DNA from: Paracoccaceae bacterium
GTDB lineage: Bacteria; Pseudomonadota; Alphaproteobacteria; Rhodobacterales; Rhodobacteraceae
Reading direction: 5' to 3'
Assembly: GCA_015487335.1 (NCBI GenBank)
Contig: WFPZ01000017.1
Span: 1 to 44,120, forward strand
DNA: 44,120 nt
This document shows, piece by piece, positions 38,046 to 44,120 of this stretch; position 1 is the stretch's first letter; the number at the start of each line of letters is the position of its first letter. Both the position numbers and the translations under genes were made by a program. Under the pieces are notes generated by a model. The model had not been told where the DNA came from. It saw nothing but the letters and a program-made list of their open reading frames with translations, and did no database searches.

Positions 38046-38428
38046 CAGAAGGGCTCCCACCGGCAGGCGCCATCGGCGACGCTGTAGCTTTCGAACACCT
38101 GCACCGCCTCGGGGACGGGCCGTCCGAATTCCGTCGGACGGTCGGCCAGCGAGATCACGATGCGCTCGGGGCTTGCCCCGGCCTCGGCCAGCGCCGGCAG
38201 GGCGACGGCGTTGCACAGGTATTCGATGTCGGGCTCGAGGGCGGCGTAGTCGATCTCGCGCGGCAGCCACGGCGCGGTGAAACGGAAATGCCAGGTGGGC
38301 ACGTCGGCGGGGGCATCGGCGACGACCTCGAACAGCGTCACGGGCCGGCCCGAGGGCACGGTCAGCCCGTCGCCGGCGGCAAGCGCCGGAAGCTCCGGCG
38401 TGAGGGTTCCCTGGCGTCGTGGCGTCAT
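38045..38428 (-). CDS. Hypothetical protein (127 aa; DUF6497-like), translationally coupled to pccB
   Basis: ATGA overlap with the pccB stop (38428-38425). Sequence contains [29 protein letters not shown]. The family call is tentative. Confidence 0.55.
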   Translation of the reverse strand: MTPRRQGTLTPELPALAAGDGLTVPSGRPVTLFEVVADAPADVPTWHFRFTAPWLPREIDYAALEPDIEYLCNAVALPALAEAGASPERIVISLADRPTEFGRPVPEAVQVFESYSVADGACRWEPF

Positions 38429-39957
38429 AGCGGAATGTTGTCGTGTTTCTTCCACGGGTTCTGCAGGCTCTTGCCGCGCAGGGAGGCAAAGGCCCGGCAG
38501 ACCCGCTTGCGGGTGGAGTGGGGCATGATCACCTCGTCGATGAAACCGCGCTCGGCGGCGACGAAGGGGTTGGCGAAGCGTTCCTCGTATTCCTTCGTGC
38601 GCGCGGCGATCTTCTCGGCATCGTCCAGCTCCGAGCGGTAGAGGATCTCCACCGCCCCCTTGGCGCCCATCACCGCGATCTCGGCCGAGGGCCAGGCATA
38701 GTTGAAATCGCCGCGCAGATGCTTGGAGGCCATCACGTCATAGGCCCCGCCATAGGCCTTGCGGGTGATCACCGTCACCTTCGGCACGGTGGCCTCGCCA
38801 TAGGCGAACAGAAGCTTCGCCCCGTGCTTGATCACGCCGCCGTATTCCTGCGCCGTGCCGGGCAGGAAACCGGGGACATCGACGAAGGTGAGAATCGGAA
38901 TCTCGAACGCGTCGCAGAAACGCACGAAGCGCGCCGCCTTGCGGCTGGAATCGATGTCGAGGCAGCCCGCGAGCACCATGGGCTGGTTGCCCACCACCCC
39001 CACGGTGCGGCCCTCCAGCCGGATGAACCCGGTGATGATGTTCTTCGCGAACTCGGCCTGGATCTCGAAGAAATCGCCCTCGTCGGCGACCTTCAGGATC
39101 AGCTCCTTCATGTCGTAGGGCTGGTTGGGGTTGTCGGGCACCAGGGTGTCGAGGCTGGGCTCGATGCGCTCGGGGTCGTCGAAGAAGGGGCGCACGGGGG
39201 GCTTTTCGCGGTTGTTGAGCGGCAGGAAGTCCACCAGCCGGCGGATCTCGGCCAGCGCCTCCACATCGTTTTCGAAGGCCCCGTCGGCGACGGAGGATTT
39301 CTTCGTGTGGGTCGCGGCGCCGCCCAGCTCTTCGGCCGTCACCACCTCGTTGGTCACCGTCTTCACCACGTCGGGGCCGGTGACGAACATGTAGGAGGTA
39401 TCCTTCACCATGAAGATGAAATCGGTCATCGCCGGTGAATAGACCGCCCCGCCCGCGCACGGCCCCATGATCACGGAAATCTGCGGCACCACCCCCGAGG
39501 CCATGATGTTGCGCTGGAACACCTCGGCATAGCCGGCGAGGCTGGCCACGCCCTCCTGGATGCGCGCGCCGCCCGAATCGTTGAGGCCGATCACGGGGGC
39601 GCCGTTCTGCACCGCCATGTCCATGATCTTGCAGATCTTCTGGGCATGGGTCTCGGACAGCGAGCCGCCGAAGACGGTGAAATCCTGGCTGAACACATAG
39701 ACCATGCGCCCGTTGATGGTGCCCCAGCCGGTCACCACCCCGTCGCCCGAAGGCCGGCTTTTCTCCATGCCGAAATCGGTGCAGCGGTGGGTGACGAACA
39801 TGTCGAATTCCTCGAAACTGCCCTCGTCGAGCAAGAGTTCGATGCGTTCGCGCGCGGTCAGCTTGCCCTTGGCGTGCTGGGCGTCGATGCGCTTCTGCCC
39901 GCCGCCCAGACGGGCGGCCTCGCGGCGGCGTTCCAGTTCCTGCAGGATGTCTTTCAT
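38425..39957 (-). CDS. pccB: Propionyl-CoA carboxylase beta subunit (carboxyltransferase), 510 aa
   Basis: [40 protein letters not shown]-terminus and GGARIQEG, typical of the PccB/AccD5 family. Confidence 0.93.
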   Translation of the reverse strand: MKDILQELERRREAARLGGGQKRIDAQHAKGKLTARERIELLLDEGSFEEFDMFVTHRCTDFGMEKSRPSGDGVVTGWGTINGRMVYVFSQDFTVFGGSLSETHAQKICKIMDMAVQNGAPVIGLNDSGGARIQEGVASLAGYAEVFQRNIMASGVVPQISVIMGPCAGGAVYSPAMTDFIFMVKDTSYMFVTGPDVVKTVTNEVVTAEELGGAATHTKKSSVADGAFENDVEALAEIRRLVDFLPLNNREKPPVRPFFDDPERIEPSLDTLVPDNPNQPYDMKELILKVADEGDFFEIQAEFAKNIITGFIRLEGRTVGVVGNQPMVLAGCLDIDSSRKAARFVRFCDAFEIPILTFVDVPGFLPGTAQEYGGVIKHGAKLLFAYGEATVPKVTVITRKAYGGAYDVMASKHLRGDFNYAWPSAEIAVMGAKGAVEILYRSELDDAEKIAARTKEYEERFANPFVAAERGFIDEVIMPHSTRKRVCRAFASLRGKSLQNPWKKHDNIPL

Positions 39958-40023
39958 GGCGCTTCTCCGTGGCGATGGAAGATCAATAGCGCGTTTGCCG
40001 CGGGTCCGGAAGGAAACTCTGGA

Positions 40024-40037
40024 AAATTTGCAAATTT
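40024..40037. promoter_or_regulatory. Perfect 14-bp palindrome AAATTTGCAAATTT in the pccB/MFS intergenic region (candidate PccR operator)
   Basis: TTTGCAAA core at 40027-40034. A second, partial CTGCAAA lies at 40068-40074. The site is ~70 nt upstream of the pccB ATG. Confidence 0.5.
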
Positions 40038-40132
40038 CTGAAAACCTCGGATGTTCAAATTGAATAACTGCAAATCATTCCCCCGCAAGCCGTTCCTTGG
40101 CAATCGTTGCCCCCGGGGCTATGGCTGGGAAC

Positions 40133-41353
40133 ATGTCACACAAGCCAGCGGTGCGGTTTCTGGACCGGACCACGCCACCCCATATCCTGACCCTCGTCCT
40201 CATCACCGGCACCTCGGCGATGGTGATGAACATGTTTCTCCCCTCGCTGCCGGCGATGACCGCCTATTTCGGCACCGACTACCGGGTGATGCAGCTTTCG
40301 GTGGCGCTGTTTCTGGGCGCCAACGGGGTGCTGCAGCTGATCGTCGGCCCCCTGTCCGACCGCTTCGGCCGCCGCCCGGTGCTGCTGGCGGGCTTCGCGC
40401 TGTTCATGCTGGCCACGCTGGGCTGCATCTACGCCCCGACGGTGGAGGTTTTCCTGCTGTTCCGCATGGGACAGGCGGCGGTGGTGGTGGCGATGGTGCT
40501 TTCGCGCGCCGTGGTGCGCGACATGGTGCCCGCCGAACAGGCCGCCTCGATGATCGGCTATGTCACCATGGGCATGTCGCTTGTCCCGATGATCAGCCCG
40601 GCAATCGGCGGCGCGCTCGACGAGGCCTTCGGCTGGAAGGCGAACTTCTGGGCGCTCTTCCTCGCCGGCGGCGCCGCCTTCTGGCTGATCTGGCGCGACC
40701 TGGGCGAAACCAACGCCCGCCGGGCCGCCAGCTTCGGCCAGCAGCTGCGCGAATACCCCGAACTGCTGATGTCGCCGCGGTTCTGGGGCTACTGCATGGC
40801 GGCGGCCTTCGCCTCGGGGGCCTTCTTCGCCTATCTCGGCGGCGCGCCCTTCGTGGGCGCCACCGTCTTTGGCATGTCGCCCTCGACGCTGGGCTATTTC
40901 TTCGGCGCCCCGGCGGTGGGCTACATGGCGGGCAACTTCCTTTCGGGGCGCTACTCGATGCGGCTGGGAATCAACCGGATGATCCTGTGGGGGGCGGGCG
41001 TCTCGCTGGCCGGCGGGGCGGCGGCACTGGCGCTGTTCGAGGCGGGGCTGGGCTCGGCGGCGGTGTTCTTCGGGGCGATGGTCCTGGTCGGGCTCGGTAA
41101 CGGCATGGTGCTGCCCAACGCCAACTCGGGGATGCTGTCGGTGCGTCCGCAGCTGGCGGGCTCGGCCTCGGGGCTGGGCGGGGCGATCATGATCGGCGGC
41201 GGCGCGGCGCTCTCGGCGCTGGCCGGCAGCCTGCTGAGCCCCGAAAGCGGCGCCTTTCCGCTGCTGTGGATCATGGCGATCGTGCTGGCGCTTTCGCTGG
41301 CGTCGATCCTTCTGGTGATCGCGCGCGAGAGGCAGAAGGGCATTGCCCGATAG
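40133..41353 (+). CDS. MFS transporter (Bcr/CflA-like drug/H+ antiporter), 406 aa
   Basis: 12 TM pattern, motif A-like GPLSDRFGRRPVLL, and a motif C-like region. Confidence 0.8.
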   Translation: MSHKPAVRFLDRTTPPHILTLVLITGTSAMVMNMFLPSLPAMTAYFGTDYRVMQLSVALFLGANGVLQLIVGPLSDRFGRRPVLLAGFALFMLATLGCIYAPTVEVFLLFRMGQAAVVVAMVLSRAVVRDMVPAEQAASMIGYVTMGMSLVPMISPAIGGALDEAFGWKANFWALFLAGGAAFWLIWRDLGETNARRAASFGQQLREYPELLMSPRFWGYCMAAAFASGAFFAYLGGAPFVGATVFGMSPSTLGYFFGAPAVGYMAGNFLSGRYSMRLGINRMILWGAGVSLAGGAAALALFEAGLGSAAVFFGAMVLVGLGNGMVLPNANSGMLSVRPQLAGSASGLGGAIMIGGGAALSALAGSLLSPESGAFPLLWIMAIVLALSLASILLVIARERQKGIAR

Positions 41354-41365
41354 CCTTTGCAAAGG
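41354..41365. promoter_or_regulatory. Perfect 12-bp palindrome CCTTTGCAAAGG upstream of the regulator gene (candidate autoregulatory operator)
   Basis: TTTGCAAA core at 41356-41363. A second CTGCAAA lies at 41386-41392. The regulator ATG is at 41402. Confidence 0.45.
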
Positions 41366-41401
41366 TTATCCCTGAAGCCGCAAAACTGCAAAGGCACCCG
41401 G

Positions 41402-42802
41402 ATGGCCAACCAGAAACTCTATGCCGGCGCCAAACTGCGCGAAATCCGCACCCGGCTGGGCCTCACCCAGAAGGCCTTCGCCGAGAAGCTGGGCGTCTCG
41501 CTGCCCTATCTCAACCAGATGGAAAACAACAACCGCCCGGTCAGCGCCACGGTGGTGCTGGCGCTGGCGCAGGAGTTCGGCTTCGATGTCACGGAACTGT
41601 CCACCGGCGATGCCGAGCGGCTCGTCTCGGACATGCGCGAGGCGCTGGCCGACCCGGTCTTTGCCGATGCCGCCCCGCCGCTGGCCGACCTGCGGCTTGC
41701 CGCCTCCAACGCCCCGGCCCTGGCGCGCGCCTTCCTGGAGCTGCACCGCGCCTACCGCCAGAGCCAGGAACGGCTGGCCTCGCTCGACGAGGCGCTGGGG
41801 CGCGAAGGCAGCGCGGTGCAGCCCTCGCCCTGGGAAGAGGTGCGCGACTTCTTCCACTACTGCGACAACTACATCGACGCGGTGGACCGCGCGGCCGAGC
41901 ATTTCGCCCAGACGGGCCGCGGCCGGATCGACCCGGAAGAGGCCGCCCTGCGGGTGCTGAAACGGCTCGGGGTCCACGAGGAGCTGGCCGTGCAGCCCGA
42001 GCTGCGCCGCTTTGATGCCGCGCGACGGAAGCTTTCGCTGTCGCGCTATGCCGCCCCCGCCACCCGGCGCTTCCAGCTGCTGCACCAGGTGGCGCTGCTG
42101 ACCCAGGACGATCTGCTGGAGGCCACCCTCGACCTGGCCCGCTTCCAGACGGAAGAGGCCCGCGCCATCGCCAAGATCGGGCTGGCCAACTACTTTGCGG
42201 GGGCGGCCCTGCTGCCCTACCAGGCCTTTCTCGAAGCGGCCCGCGAAACCCGCCACGACCTGGAGCGCCTGAGCGTCATCTTCGGCGCCTCGATCGAACA
42301 GGTGGCGCACCGGCTGTCCACCCTGCAGCGCCCCGGCGCCAAGGGGATTCCGTTCTTCTTCGTCCGGGTCGACCAGGCCGGCACCATCACCAAGCGCCAC
42401 TCGGCCACGCGGCTGCAGTTCGCCCGCTTCGGCGGCGCCTGCCCGCTGTGGAACGTGCACCGCGCCTTCGAGACCCCCGGCCGCTTTCTGCGCCAGCTGG
42501 CCGAAACCCCCGACGGGGCGCGCTATTTCTGCCTGGCGCGCGACGTCTCCAAGCCGGGCGGCTCCTTCACCGCCCCGGTGCGCCGCTTCGCCATCGGGCT
42601 GGGCTGCGAGATCCGCCACGCCGCCGATCTGGTCTATGCCGACGACATGGATCTGACCAACCCCCGCGCCTTCGAGCCGATCGGCATCTCCTGCCGGATC
42701 TGCGAGCGCCGCGACTGCCACCAGCGCTCGGTGCCGCCGCTGGAACGGCGGCTGAGCGTGGACCATTCCGTTCGCGCCACCCTGCCCTACCGGATCGACT
42801 GA
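41402..42802 (+). CDS. pccR: ScfR-family short-chain fatty acyl-CoA regulator (PccR-like; XRE HTH plus ImmA/IrrE-like plus DUF2083-like domains), 466 aa
   Basis: HTH GAKLREIRTRLGLTQKAFAEKLGVSLPYLNQMENNNRPVS, a long C-terminal region ending in CRICERRDCHQR, and proximity to pccB. Confidence 0.75.
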   Translation: MANQKLYAGAKLREIRTRLGLTQKAFAEKLGVSLPYLNQMENNNRPVSATVVLALAQEFGFDVTELSTGDAERLVSDMREALADPVFADAAPPLADLRLAASNAPALARAFLELHRAYRQSQERLASLDEALGREGSAVQPSPWEEVRDFFHYCDNYIDAVDRAAEHFAQTGRGRIDPEEAALRVLKRLGVHEELAVQPELRRFDAARRKLSLSRYAAPATRRFQLLHQVALLTQDDLLEATLDLARFQTEEARAIAKIGLANYFAGAALLPYQAFLEAARETRHDLERLSVIFGASIEQVAHRLSTLQRPGAKGIPFFFVRVDQAGTITKRHSATRLQFARFGGACPLWNVHRAFETPGRFLRQLAETPDGARYFCLARDVSKPGGSFTAPVRRFAIGLGCEIRHAADLVYADDMDLTNPRAFEPIGISCRICERRDCHQRSVPPLERRLSVDHSVRATLPYRID

Positions 42803-42896
42803 ACCGCCGCGGCCGCTGGGCTTCGTCAACGGCTTTCGCCCCGGGGCGGATCGGGCTATTGAAATGGCTCATGCCGGCCATTGCAGGGAGGAATCG

Positions 42897-43400
42897 ATGG
42901 AACTGGAGGGCAACCGCACCATTGCCGCCGAGCGCAGCACCGTCTGGGAGAAGCTCAACGACGCCGAAACCCTGAAGGCCTGCATCCCCGGCTGCGAAGA
43001 GCTGACCGGCACCCCCGAAGAGGGATTCGAGGCGGTGGTCAGGCAGAAGATCGGGCCGGTGCGGGCCACCTTCAGGGGCAAGGTGACGCTCTCCGACGTG
43101 GTGCCGGGCGAGAGCTACACGATCACCGGCGAGGGCTCGGGCGGGGTGGCGGGCTTCGCCAAGGGGTCAGCGGACGTGAGACTGGCCGACGCAGAGGGCG
43201 GCGGCACCGAGCTGAGCTACACCGTGCAGGCCAAGGTGGGCGGCAAGATCGCCCAGCTGGGCAACCGCCTGATCGCCGGTTTCGCCCGCAAGATGGCCGA
43301 CCAGTTTTTCGAGCGCTTCCAGGCCCAGGTGGAAGGGCCGGGCGAAGACGGAACGGACGACGGCGCCGGGACGGAAGGCGGCAGGCCCGAGGACGCCTAG
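42897..43400 (+). CDS. CoxG-like SRPBCC family protein (167 aa)
   Basis: MELEGNRTIAAERSTVWEKLNDAETLKACIPGCEEL and GKIAQLGNRLI motifs. SD GGGAGGA lies before ATG 42897. Confidence 0.75.
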   Translation: MELEGNRTIAAERSTVWEKLNDAETLKACIPGCEELTGTPEEGFEAVVRQKIGPVRATFRGKVTLSDVVPGESYTITGEGSGGVAGFAKGSADVRLADAEGGGTELSYTVQAKVGGKIAQLGNRLIAGFARKMADQFFERFQAQVEGPGEDGTDDGAGTEGGRPEDA

Positions 43401-43412
43401 AAGGCCGCCGGC

Positions 43413-44066
43413 TCAGCGCTGCGCCCTGCGCCAGCCGGCGGCGCGGGCCTCGGCCTCGGTGCAGAACCAGCGCTCGCCCCGTGCCGGGTCGATGCGGGTC
43501 CTGTCGTAGTCGCGCTGGCCCGGCAGGTGGTAGATCCTGCCGTTGCGCGAGATGTTGCCCTTGATCAGGCATTGCCCGGGGGCCGCCTGCGGCGGCGGGC
43601 GGCGGGCGGCGCGGAAGCTTTCGGGGCTTTCCATGCTGCCCGACCATATCCCCCGGCCGGCCAGCGCGGCCTCCTTTTCCACCGCCACGTAGCGGCGGGA
43701 ATAGCGGCGGTAGGCGGTGGCGACGCCCTCGCGCACCAGCACCTCGGCGATATCCGCCCCGCCGGCAAGACAGCGCGCCACGGCGCGGCCGTATCTGTCG
43801 GTGTCGAGGCGGCGGCAACGGGCGGTGCGGCCCTCGAACAGGGCGCGCGCCCGGTCGGTGGCCCAGGCGCCGCAGGGCCAGGGCGTGCCGTCGCTGGCGG
43901 TGCAGGTCTGGTCCTGCTCGGGGGCGTCGATGCCGAACAGCCGCACAAGAGCGCCGCCGACCCTCAGCGTGTCGGCATCGGAAAAGCGCATGCGGCCCGA
44001 AAGCTCCTGCCCCCATGCGGGCAGCGCCACGAGCAGCATCGCCAGAAGCGAAGCAGGCCTGAACAT
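43413..44066 (-). CDS. Secreted thermonuclease (SNase-like) family protein, 217 aa
   Basis: Signal peptide MFRPASLLAMLLVALPAWGQ, then RLFGIDAPE and DRYGRAVARC staphylococcal-nuclease motifs. A C-terminal CLIKGNISRNGRIYHLPG module follows. Confidence 0.75.
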   Translation of the reverse strand: MFRPASLLAMLLVALPAWGQELSGRMRFSDADTLRVGGALVRLFGIDAPEQDQTCTASDGTPWPCGAWATDRARALFEGRTARCRRLDTDRYGRAVARCLAGGADIAEVLVREGVATAYRRYSRRYVAVEKEAALAGRGIWSGSMESPESFRAARRPPPQAAPGQCLIKGNISRNGRIYHLPGQRDYDRTRIDPARGERWFCTEAEARAAGWRRAQR

Positions 44067-44120
44067 CGCACAGCACCCCGTATCCCTCTTGCCGACGCAG
44101 AATCGGCCCCCTCATCCTAG

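Overview
High-GC alphaproteobacterial chromosome segment; gene content and synteny look Rhodobacterales-like. The first ~6 kb is an accessory island. It holds the 3' end of tRNA-Cys, a decayed IS5-family transposase, and a complete type II-C CRISPR-Cas9 locus: a divergent tracrRNA candidate, cas9-cas1-cas2, and 9 identical 36-nt repeats with 8 spacers of 30 nt. The other ~38 kb is tightly packed core genome. It carries a family III CoA-transferase, lolD plus a LolC/E permease, peroxiredoxin, proS, an AI-2E permease, hdaA-ppk-ppx, a DjlA-like protein, a GNAT, nhaA, pepF, an M19 dipeptidase, rpoH, an RluD-like synthase, tRNA-His, an MmcB-like protein and nusB-ribH-ribB(X). It also carries a methylmalonyl-CoA pathway cluster (mcm, pccA, pccB with small unknown ORFs), an MFS transporter, a PccR/ScfR-type regulator, a CoxG-like protein and a secreted thermonuclease. 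I found no convincing wholly new multi-gene protein system. The features most worth follow-up are at the RNA and regulatory level: (1) tracrRNA and array orientation, with promoter-like elements embedded in every repeat; (2) an orphan, structured ~170-nt intergenic unit at 28.4-28.6 kb with a sigma-32-type promoter and a strand-specific terminator; (3) TTTGCAAA-core palindromes flanking the pcc regulon; (4) uncharacterised ORFs translationally coupled to pccB. All family assignments come from motif recognition by eye, and no database search was possible.
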